Virus genome (UHGV): UHGV-0332375
Length of the DNA stretch: 22,040 nt
From: a virus
Direction: 5' to 3' (one strand)
Below are positions 15,334 through 22,040 of the stretch, in pieces. The notes beneath the pieces were generated by a model. The model was not told the DNA's origin. It made no database searches and saw only the letters and a program-made list of their open reading frames with translations. Position 1 is the first letter of the stretch. The number at the start of each line of letters is the position of its first letter. Both the position numbers and the translations under genes were made by a program.

Positions 15334-15822
15334 ATGAGTCTTTTGAATGACGTTCAGAAATTCATTGAAGCCCATCCGGGCTGTACTTCCGGAGACATTG
15401 CGGATGCTTTTGCAGGTTACTCACGGCAGCGCGTTCTGCAGTCAGCAAGCAAGTTACGTCAGAGTGGGCGTGTGGCTCACCGTTGTGAAGGAGATACACG
15501 CAGACATTTCCCGCGCCTGACTGAGAGAGCGCAGGAGCCGGAACCACAACCTGTTCGTGAAACCAGACCTGTGCGCAATTTCTATGTCGGCACTAACGAT
15601 CCCCGGGTGATTTTGTGCCTGACCCGCCAGGCTGAAGAGCTGGAGTCCAGGGGCTTATACCGTCGTGCTGCAACGGTGTGGATGGTGGCATTCCGTGAAA
15701 GTCACTCCCAGCCAGAACGAAACAACTTTCTGGCGCGTCGAGAGCGGTGCTTACGGAAAAGCAGCAAGCGCGCTGTATCGGGTGATGAATGGTATCTGTC
15801 AGGGAATTACGTGGGGGCTTAA
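15334..15822 (+). CDS. PerC-family transcriptional regulator-like protein
   Basis: AEELESRGLYRRAATVWMVAF resembles the PerC/Pch motif as I recall it; start set to the ATG at 15334 just after the upstream stop (track 15328, GTG). Confidence 0.5.
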   Translation: MSLLNDVQKFIEAHPGCTSGDIADAFAGYSRQRVLQSASKLRQSGRVAHRCEGDTRRHFPRLTERAQEPEPQPVRETRPVRNFYVGTNDPRVILCLTRQAEELESRGLYRRAATVWMVAFRESHSQPERNNFLARRERCLRKSSKRAVSGDEWYLSGNYVGA

Positions 15823-16148
15823 TGACGACGTTAACTCAGTGTCAGCAGCAGGTGCTGGATATGCTGATTTCTTACCAGCAAGAACGTGGCTTTCCGCCAA
15901 CCAATCAGGAGGTGGCAACCATGCTGGGATACCGTTCAGTGAATGCAGCGGTGGAGCATCTTCGCGCACTGGAGAAAAAAGGCGTCATCACGATAAAGCG
16001 TGGTGTGGCCCGGGGGATCACGCTTCATACCGCGGTGAAGGACGACGACAGCGAGGCGGTCGGGATTATCCGCTCACTGCTTGCCGGTGAGGAAAACGCA
16101 AGGCTGCGTGCAACTCACTGGTTACATGAGAGAGGCCTGAAAGTATGA
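15822..16148 (+). CDS. LexA N-terminal DNA-binding-domain protein (no peptidase domain)
   Basis: TLTQCQQQVLDMLISYQQERGFPPTNQEVATMLGYRSVNAAVEHLRALEKKGVITIKRGVARGITL parallels LexA residues 1-70 ([55 protein letters not shown]…); ATG at 15822 overlaps the upstream stop (TAATG); 108 aa. Confidence 0.7.
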   Translation: MTTLTQCQQQVLDMLISYQQERGFPPTNQEVATMLGYRSVNAAVEHLRALEKKGVITIKRGVARGITLHTAVKDDDSEAVGIIRSLLAGEENARLRATHWLHERGLKV

Positions 16149-16535
16149 AGCTGATCCTGCCTTTCCCGCCCAGCGTGAACACGTACTGGCGACACCCCAA
16201 CAAAGGGGCGTTTGCTGGTAAGAGCCTGATAAGCGCGGCGGGGCGAAAATTCCAGAGCGCGGCGTGCGCAGCAATAGTTGAGCAGTTACGTCGTCTGCCG
16301 AAACCAACGTCGGCACCTGCTTCAGTGGAGATCGTGTTGTTTCCTTCCGGATAACCGGAGCCGCGATCTGGACAACTATAACAAGGCGCTGTTTGACGCC
16401 CTGACCCACGCGGGTGTGTGGGAAGACGACAGTCAGGTGAAAAGAATGCTGGTGGAGTGGGGACCGGTTATCCCGGAAGGGAAGGTCGAGATCACTATCA
16501 GTAAGTACGAGAAAACGGCGGGTGCAGCCGCCTGA
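16145..16535 (+). pseudogene. rusA: Holliday-junction resolvase RusA, interrupted by a frameshift
   Basis: ORF 16145-16354 aligns with the RusA N-terminal half; the C-terminal half (DNRSRDLDNYNKALFDALTHAGVWEDD… vs RusA [27 protein letters not shown]…) continues in another frame to 16535; the frames meet at CCTTCC (~16340-16350), consistent with a 1-bp indel. Confidence 0.7.
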
Positions 16536-16554
16536 GCAAAAGGAGAAACGAAGT

Positions 16555-17364
16555 ATGAATAATCTGATGGTCATTGATGGTATTGAAGTTCGTCGTGATG
16601 CTTATGGGCGTTACAGCCTGAACGATCTGCATCGCGCAGCAGTAGCATCTGGTGCAAATGCCAGAACCAAGGAGCCAGGAAAGTTTCTTTCCAGCCAACA
16701 AACTGTTGAACTTGTTCATGAATTGACCAACACCCAGAATTTGGGTGTTGACCCGGTGAGTGTGATTCATGGGGGAAATGAACGGGGAACTTATGTCTGC
16801 AAGGAACTGGTGTATGCCTATGCAATGTGGATCAGCCCGTCATTCCATCTGAAGGTGATCCGTACTTTCGATATGGTAACCAGCGCACCGGAAAAATTAT
16901 CCGGGCAGGCTGCTGACAAGATGCAGGCTGGAGTGATTCTGCTGGACTTTATGCGCAGGGAGTTAAACCTGTCTAACTCTTCAGTGCTTGGGGCCTGTCA
17001 GAAACTCCAGGAGGCTGTTGGCTTACCGAATCTGGCACCGCGCTATGCCATTGATGCTCCTGCTGACGCGCCTGATGGCTCAAGCCGCCCCACGCTGTCA
17101 CTGAGTGCATTGCTGAAGCAGTATGGTATCCGCCTGACAGCTAATCAGGCATATCACCAGATGGTGAAGCTGGGGATCGTCGAGCAGCGCGAACGATACA
17201 GCCGTACCGCGATTAACAACATCAAAAAATTCTGGTCACTGACAGCGAAAGGCTGCATGTTCGGCAAGAACATCACCAGTCCCGCAAATCCGCGCGAGAC
17301 GCAGCCGCATTTCTTCGAATCCCGATTCCCTGAGCTGTTAAAGCTGCTCGATACCGTACATTGA
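16555..17364 (+). CDS. KilA-N domain protein (antirepressor-like)
   Basis: N-terminus MNNLMVIDGIEVRRDAYGRYSLNDLHRAA typical of KilA-N; AAGGAGAA SD upstream of the ATG at 16555 (track ORF starts at 16522). Confidence 0.65.
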   Translation: MNNLMVIDGIEVRRDAYGRYSLNDLHRAAVASGANARTKEPGKFLSSQQTVELVHELTNTQNLGVDPVSVIHGGNERGTYVCKELVYAYAMWISPSFHLKVIRTFDMVTSAPEKLSGQAADKMQAGVILLDFMRRELNLSNSSVLGACQKLQEAVGLPNLAPRYAIDAPADAPDGSSRPTLSLSALLKQYGIRLTANQAYHQMVKLGIVEQRERYSRTAINNIKKFWSLTAKGCMFGKNITSPANPRETQPHFFESRFPELLKLLDTVH

Positions 17365-17365
17365 G

Positions 17366-18361
17366 GTGACCGTGAGAGCACTACTGACCCCTGAAATTGC
17401 CCCGCGTATGGGGATCGTATTGTTCAGACCAGGTTCAGAGCTGATGCCCCTGTTTATGCAGGGGCGTGTCCTGCTGGAGCCTGAGCCGGAACGTTATTCA
17501 TCTTTCGCCAGTGGTGCCGTTCCGGCGGCATCACAACCGCTGGCGGATGATCCTGCCGTTCGGGCCGTGTTCCGCAATGAGGCAGTGATCCGTCGTGCTG
17601 GTGGCGTGGAATGTCTTGAAAGCTGGTTACTTCGTGAAAAAGGCTGCCAGTGGCCTCATTCCGACTGGCACAGCGAGAACATGACAACAATGCGACACGC
17701 GCCGGGCGCAATCCGTCTGTGCTGGCACTGCGATAACCAGCTGCGTGATCAGTTCACGGAACGGCTGGAATCAATGGCAACGGATAACTGTGCCCGCTGG
17801 GTGTTGTCTGTTGTGCGTCGGGATCTCGGTTTTGATGATAGTCACGTTGTGACAATGCCGGAACTGTGCTGGTGGCTGATTCGTAATGACCTGGCGGATG
17901 CCTTACCGGAAAGTGCAGCCCGTAAGGCACTGAGATTACCGAAGCCTGTTGTGCCGTCTGTCACCCGGGAAAGTGACCTTGTGCCTTCGGTTCCTGCCAC
18001 CAGCATCATCCAGGATAAGGCGAAAAAGGTGCTGGCGCTGAAAGTGGATCCGGAGTCGCCGGAGTCTTTTATGTTACGCCCAAAACGTCGCCGCTGGGTT
18101 AATGAAAAGTACACACGCTGGGTTAAGACACAGCCGTGTGCATGTTGTGGAAAGCCTGCTGATGATCCCCACCACCTGATAGGCCACGGTCAGGGTGGAA
18201 TGGCTACAAAAGCGCATGACCTCTTTGTGTTGCCTTTGTGCAGAAAGCATCACGACGAGCTGCATGCGGATACCGTGGCATTTGAAGAGAAGTATGGTTC
18301 CCAGCTGGAGCTGATATTTCGTTTTATCGATCGTGCGCTGGCAATAGGCGTACTGGCGTAA
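17366..18361 (+). CDS. DUF968-family prophage protein (Cys/His-rich C-terminus)
   Basis: 331-aa ORF; C-terminal QPCACCGKPADDPHHL…CRKHHDELH cluster; start may be the GTG at 17366 or 17372. Confidence 0.6.
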   Translation: MTVRALLTPEIAPRMGIVLFRPGSELMPLFMQGRVLLEPEPERYSSFASGAVPAASQPLADDPAVRAVFRNEAVIRRAGGVECLESWLLREKGCQWPHSDWHSENMTTMRHAPGAIRLCWHCDNQLRDQFTERLESMATDNCARWVLSVVRRDLGFDDSHVVTMPELCWWLIRNDLADALPESAARKALRLPKPVVPSVTRESDLVPSVPATSIIQDKAKKVLALKVDPESPESFMLRPKRRRWVNEKYTRWVKTQPCACCGKPADDPHHLIGHGQGGMATKAHDLFVLPLCRKHHDELHADTVAFEEKYGSQLELIFRFIDRALAIGVLA

Positions 18362-18374
18362 GTGGAGAACGAGC

Positions 18375-19127
18375 ATGAACCTTGAAGCCTTACCGAAATA
18401 TTACTCCCCGAAATCTCCAAAATTGAGCGATGACGCACCGGCGACAGGCTCTGGTGGTTTAACAATTACGGATGTAATGGCTGCGCAGGGGATGGTGCAG
18501 TCTAAAGCACCGCTTGGGTTTGCCTTATTCCTGGCAAAAGTTGGTGTTCAGGATCCTCAGTTTGCGATTGAAGGTCTGCTCAATTACGCGATGGCACTGG
18601 ATAACCCGACATTGAACAAATTGAGTGAAGAAACCCGGTTACAGATCATCCCTTACCTTGTGAATTTTGCCTTTGCTGATTATTCCAGGTCTGCGGCAAG
18701 TAAGGCTCGCTGTGAGCATTGTGCTGGTACTGGATTTCATAATGTATTGCGCGAAGTGGTGAAACACTCCAGAAGCGGGGAATCTGTTATCAAGGAAGAG
18801 TGGGTGAAGGAACTGTGTCAGCATTGTCATGGTAAGGGAGAAGTCAGCACAGCGTGCAGAGGGTGTAAGGGTAAAGGTATTGTCCTGGATGAAAAAAGAA
18901 CCCGGCTTCATGGCACGCCTGTTTATAAGGTTTGTGGGCGTTGCAATGGAAACCGGTTTAGCCGTTTACCAACCACACTGGCGCGGCTTCATGTCCAGAA
19001 GCTGGTACCAGACCTGACGGATTATCAGTGGTACAAAGGATATGCAGATGTCATTGATAAACTGGTTACAAAGTGCTGGCAGGAGGAATCTTACGCTGAA
19101 GCACAATTGAGAAAGGTGACAAGATAA
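18375..19127 (+). CDS. Q: Late-gene antiterminator Q
   Basis: 250 aa; multiple CxxC/HxxH zinc motifs (CEHCAGTG, CQHCHGKG, CRGCKGKG, CGRCNG); position after the rusA/KilA/DUF968 region and before the lysis cassette; GGAGAA SD. Confidence 0.7.
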   Translation: MNLEALPKYYSPKSPKLSDDAPATGSGGLTITDVMAAQGMVQSKAPLGFALFLAKVGVQDPQFAIEGLLNYAMALDNPTLNKLSEETRLQIIPYLVNFAFADYSRSAASKARCEHCAGTGFHNVLREVVKHSRSGESVIKEEWVKELCQHCHGKGEVSTACRGCKGKGIVLDEKRTRLHGTPVYKVCGRCNGNRFSRLPTTLARLHVQKLVPDLTDYQWYKGYADVIDKLVTKCWQEESYAEAQLRKVTR

Positions 19128-19329
19128 GTGATCTTCGCCGAAAATGGTGACATGATGCTTGCAATTTTCAAAAAACATGGATAAGATTTTCTCAACGATG
19201 GGCTTTATGTATCTGCTGTTGATAACCTTCAAGAACTCGCCATTGAGCGGGTTTTTTATTGTGTAAAAACAGAATGACGGTATTAATTAGTAATATAATT
19301 ATTCGACCATACAACTAGGGGTCGAAAAA

Positions 19330-20115
19330 ATGTATGTTTTTGAGTTAATCAAGCCAGGCAGTAATCTTAAGTTTGAAAACAGAGAGTTAGAATGGACGTT
19401 TAATAACTTATTATCCCATTTAGAAACTGCATTTTATGATGCTAATGTAGCATTAAATTTATTCGAACAGGAAAGAACTAAGAATAACAGTAAATTCGAT
19501 AATATTTCTCAGACATGGCAAGCTGATGTACAGAAACGACAAGCACTGGAAATGCTGGTTCGTAAAGAGTTTGGTTATCAACCTTATGAATATTCAGAAC
19601 AGGTTTTTTCAGAGGTCGAGCTACGTCTAAAAAGAGAAAAATGGAATAACGGTGAATATCCGTTGGCTCATCAACACAGATTGATCTTCTTACATGCAAA
19701 ATCATTTCTCTACGCTTTGGATGCTATTGATAAATTTTTAAAGGTAATTTCAAAAGAAAATGGCGCGCCAGAGAACATTAAAAAATTGCATGAACAGCTT
19801 TCTAAAGACTTTCCGGATTTAAGAAAGGTAAGGAATTCAGCTCAACACATGGAAGACAGAGTTCGTGGGCTTGGTGCAGAGAAAGAACCAAAGCCAATAA
19901 AACTCAAACCTGTAAATAATATTCATGTTGTTGCACCTCAGGGGGCATTGATGTTAAATAACTTATTCGGAACTAAATTTGGGTGCACTATGGCTGATGG
20001 CTATTATGGTGAAGTAGATATTTCGACAGAGTCTTTGGCAAAGTTGCAAAATTTAATCCAAAAAGTTTTTAATTCCTTCAGTTGGGAAGGACCAAAGCAA
20101 CACCTTCCCCGATAA
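19330..20115 (+). CDS. Hypothetical AT-rich moron protein with R-x4-H (HEPN-like) motif
   Basis: 261-aa ORF with markedly lower GC than flanking phage genes; motif RNSAQH in DLRKVRNSAQHMEDR; occupies the Q-to-S position where lambdoid phages carry morons; followed by a strong terminator. Confidence 0.7.
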   Translation: MYVFELIKPGSNLKFENRELEWTFNNLLSHLETAFYDANVALNLFEQERTKNNSKFDNISQTWQADVQKRQALEMLVRKEFGYQPYEYSEQVFSEVELRLKREKWNNGEYPLAHQHRLIFLHAKSFLYALDAIDKFLKVISKENGAPENIKKLHEQLSKDFPDLRKVRNSAQHMEDRVRGLGAEKEPKPIKLKPVNNIHVVAPQGALMLNNLFGTKFGCTMADGYYGEVDISTESLAKLQNLIQKVFNSFSWEGPKQHLPR

Positions 20116-20132
20116 CATTTTCTTTTTTATTG

Positions 20133-20163
20133 AAAGCCGCCAAATAATTGGCGGCTTTTTTAT
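20133..20163 (+). terminator. Rho-independent terminator after the moron gene
   Basis: Perfect 10-bp stem AAGCCGCCAA / TTGGCGGCTT with a 4-nt loop, followed by TTTTTTTATTT. Confidence 0.8.
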
Positions 20164-20204
20164 TTCACAGTACCCGCAAATATCGCGAGGTGAGAGATGA
20201 CGAA

Positions 20205-20531
20205 ATGCCTCATAACCCAAATACCTGGCTGGAGTTGGTCCAGAGCTGGTGGCGTGGAGACACACCGCTGGGCGCAGTGATTATGTCGATTGTTATGGCT
20301 GGTTTACGTATCGCCTATTTTGGCGGTGGTGGCGGCTGGAAGCGAAAAACACTCGAAATTCTACTCTGTGGCGCTCTGACGCTGACTTTTGCATCCGCTC
20401 TTGAGTATGTCGGATGGCCTAAATCACTATCTGTTGCCATTGGTGGTGGGGTGGGGCTGATCGGTGTCGATGCTATTCGTGGGGCTGCAATGCGAGTAAT
20501 CGGTAACAAATTTGGTGGCTCTAAGGAGTAA
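20205..20531 (+). CDS. Holin (three-TM class, S-like)
   Basis: 108 aa from the ATG at 20205 (GAGGTGAGAG SD upstream; the track start at 20148 lies inside the terminator); hydrophobic segments AVIMSIVMAGLRIAYF, LEILLCGALTLTFASAL, SVAIGGGVGLIGV; immediately upstream of the endolysin. Confidence 0.7.
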   Translation: MPHNPNTWLELVQSWWRGDTPLGAVIMSIVMAGLRIAYFGGGGGWKRKTLEILLCGALTLTFASALEYVGWPKSLSVAIGGGVGLIGVDAIRGAAMRVIGNKFGGSKE

Positions 20532-20534
20532 TTT

Positions 20535-21011
20535 ATGCAGGTACTAAATTCCCAGCGTAAAGCTTTCCTTGATATGGTGGCTTGGTCAGAAGGAACGGAT
20601 AACGGACGACAACCGACACGTAACCACGGTTATGACGTTATTGTCGGTGGTGAACTCTTCACTGATTACTCCGATCACCCTCGCAAACTTGTCACGCTAA
20701 ACCCGAAACTCAAGTCAACAGCCGCCGGACGTTATCAGCTTCTTTCACGCTGGTGGGATGCTTACCGTAAACAGCTTGGTTTGAAAGACTTCTCCCCCAA
20801 AAGCCAGGACGCAGTGGCATTGCAGCAGATTAAAGAGCGTGGCGCTTTACCGATGATTGATCGCGGTGATATTCGTCAGGCAATTGACCGTTGCAGCAAT
20901 ATCTGGGCTTCACTGCCGGGCGCTGGTTATGGTCAGTTCGAGCATAAGGCTGACAGCCTGATTGCAAAATTCAAGGAAGCAGGCGGAACTGTCAGAGAGA
21001 TTGAGGTATGA
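20535..21011 (+). CDS. R: Endolysin, lytic transglycosylase (lambda R)
   Basis: 158 aa, near-identical over long stretches to lambda R as recalled ([55 protein letters not shown]…); AAGGAG SD. Confidence 0.95.
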   Translation: MQVLNSQRKAFLDMVAWSEGTDNGRQPTRNHGYDVIVGGELFTDYSDHPRKLVTLNPKLKSTAAGRYQLLSRWWDAYRKQLGLKDFSPKSQDAVALQQIKERGALPMIDRGDIRQAIDRCSNIWASLPGAGYGQFEHKADSLIAKFKEAGGTVREIEV

Positions 21012-21469
21012 GCAGAGTAACCGCGATTATCTCCGCTCTGGTTATCTGCGTCATCGTCTGCCTGTCATGGGCTGTTAATCATTACCGCGATAACGCGATT
21101 ACCTACAAAGCCCAGCGCGACAAAAATGCCAGAGAACTGAAGCTGGCGAACTCGACAATTACTGACATGCAGGTGCGCCAGCGTGATGTTGCTGCGCTCG
21201 ATGCAAAATACACGAAGGAGTTAGCTGATGCGAAAGCTGAAAATGATGCTCTGCGTGATGATGTTGCCGCTGGTCGTCGTCGGTTGCACATCAAAGCAGT
21301 CTGTCAGTCAGTGCGTGAAGCCACCACCGCCTCCGGCATGGATAATGCAGCCTCCCCCCGACTGGCTGACACCGCTGAACGGGATTATTTCACTCTCAGA
21401 GAGAGGCTGATCACTATGCAAAAACAACTGGAAGGAACCCAGAAGTATATTAATGAGCAGTGCAGATAG
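21008..21469 (+). CDS. Rz: Spanin inner-membrane subunit Rz
   Basis: 153 aa; N-terminal TM segment ([18 protein letters not shown]), coiled-coil-like remainder; ATG overlaps the R stop; contains the embedded Rz1 frame. Confidence 0.9.
   Translation: MSRVTAIISALVICVIVCLSWAVNHYRDNAITYKAQRDKNARELKLANSTITDMQVRQRDVAALDAKYTKELADAKAENDALRDDVAAGRRRLHIKAVCQSVREATTASGMDNAASPRLADTAERDYFTLRERLITMQKQLEGTQKYINEQCR
21228..21410 (+). CDS. Rz1: Spanin outer-membrane lipoprotein subunit Rz1 (embedded in Rz, +1 frame)
   Basis: 60 aa; lipobox LVVVGC, proline-rich [15 protein letters not shown]; essentially the lambda Rz1 sequence as recalled. Confidence 0.9.
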   Translation: MRKLKMMLCVMMLPLVVVGCTSKQSVSQCVKPPPPPAWIMQPPPDWLTPLNGIISLSERG

Positions 21470-21472
21470 AGC

Positions 21473-21490
21473 TGCCCATATCGATGGGCA
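21473..21490. other. Palindromic stem-loop between convergent Rz and bor genes
   Basis: TGCCCAT-ATCG-ATGGGCA; no adjacent U-run, so terminator function is uncertain. Confidence 0.3.
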
Positions 21491-21500
21491 ACTCATGCAA

Positions 21501-21794
21501 TTATTGTGAGCAATACACCCGCGCTTCCAGCGGAGTATAAATGCCTAAAGTAATAAAACCGAGCAATCCATTTACGAATGTTTGCTGGGTTTCTGTTTTA
21601 ACAACATTTTCTGCGCCGCCACAAATTTTGGCTGCATCAACAGTTTTCTTCTGTCCAATTCCCGAAACGAAGAAATGATGGGTGATGGTTTCCTTTGGTG
21701 TTACTGCTGTCGGTTTGTTTCCAACAGTAAACGTCTGTTGAGCACATCCTGTAATAAGCATAGCCAGAGCGGCAGAAAACAACATTTTTTTCAT
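21501..21794 (-). CDS. bor: Bor lipoprotein (serum-resistance, lysogenic conversion)
   Basis: 97 aa from MKKMLFSAALAMLITGCAQQTFTV…; essentially the lambda Bor sequence as recalled; lipobox ITGC (track ORF has a 16-codon upstream extension). Confidence 0.9.
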   Translation of the reverse strand: MKKMLFSAALAMLITGCAQQTFTVGNKPTAVTPKETITHHFFVSGIGQKKTVDAAKICGGAENVVKTETQQTFVNGLLGFITLGIYTPLEARVYCSQ

Positions 21795-22040
21795 CTTATT
21801 ATCCTGCATTGTTAAAAACGGCAGAATCCTATGTGACAACAATTAAACGATAGTTAAATGGATTGATGAAAATTAAAACTATATAGGTGTACGATCAGAC
21901 TATTGGAGGTAGTCAGGATTTGAATGTCAGTCTGTTGTCGGCATTCTGGCAATGCAATTTGGATAAAGCGGGGATTAAAAAGATAGAGGCGAGCCGGTCA
22001 GGTAGAAATGAATCAGGCTCAAAGTGAAGCGGAAAAGGTC

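Larger units (their letters stand above)
7449..22040. mobile_element. Lambdoid prophage (int-proximal end to beyond the lysis cassette; right end outside window)
   Basis: Canonical gene order int-xis-early-left genes-cI-OR-cro-cII-replication-rusA-Q-moron-S-R-Rz/Rz1-bor; attL expected in the AT-rich gap 7476-7808 but core not identifiable without the second att copy. Confidence 0.8.

Noticed and set aside
14631-15547. Small ORFs within or antisense to the replication and PerC-like genes (14631-14813, 14779-15048, 14897-15121, 15093-15350, 15362-15547) and the overlapping 15665-16090 ORF
   Set aside because: Out-of-frame overlaps with better-supported genes; the 14631-14813 translation (…LTRQNLTHQNLTRQNL…) is just the iteron repeats read in another frame.
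19160-19262. Candidate pR'-like promoter (TTGCAA-N17-TAAGAT) and tR'-like terminator (GAGCGGGTTTTTTATT) downstream of Q
   Set aside because: The promoter hexamers are plausible, but the putative terminator has no convincing stem preceding its U-run; not reported as a feature.
20148-20204. Upstream extension of the holin ORF
   Set aside because: Would be translated through the terminator hairpin; the internal ATG at 20205 has a good SD.
22008-22040. Possible start of a plus-strand gene at the window edge (ATGAATCAGGCTCAAAGTGAAGCGGAAAAGGTC)
   Set aside because: Only 11 codons visible; cannot be supported or assigned.

Overview
Enterobacterial (E. coli-like) accessory DNA made of three juxtaposed modules. 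All homology statements below come from reading the translated ORFs and recalling known families; no database search was run. (1) 1-3800, GC-rich: the right end of a satellite-like or integrative element carrying a SymE-family toxin-like gene, an XRE-type HTH regulator, a divergent promoter/operator region, a large DnaG-like primase (CHC2 zinc finger plus TOPRIM plus C-terminal P-loop domain) and an iteron-like repeat array at its 3' end. (2) About 3950-7450, strongly AT-rich cargo: a translationally coupled pair of an ABC/AAA_21-type ATPase and an uncharacterised 167-aa protein (the best candidate for an undescribed anti-phage defence module), a truncated IS3-family remnant, and a 332-aa multi-pass membrane protein; the ATPase pair and IS remnant are bracketed by about 85-bp imperfect direct repeats sharing the 11-mer CTGTAAGCCGC. 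(3) About 7450-22040: a lambdoid prophage in canonical order: int, xis, an early-left cluster resembling yfdT/S/R/Q/P of CPS-53, CI repressor, operators, cro, CII (CP76 family), replication initiator with internal iterons, PerC-like regulator, LexA-N-domain protein, frameshifted rusA, KilA-N protein, DUF968 protein, antiterminator Q, an AT-rich moron with an R-x4-H (HEPN-like) motif, holin, endolysin R, Rz/Rz1 and bor. No rRNA, tRNA or CRISPR array was seen.
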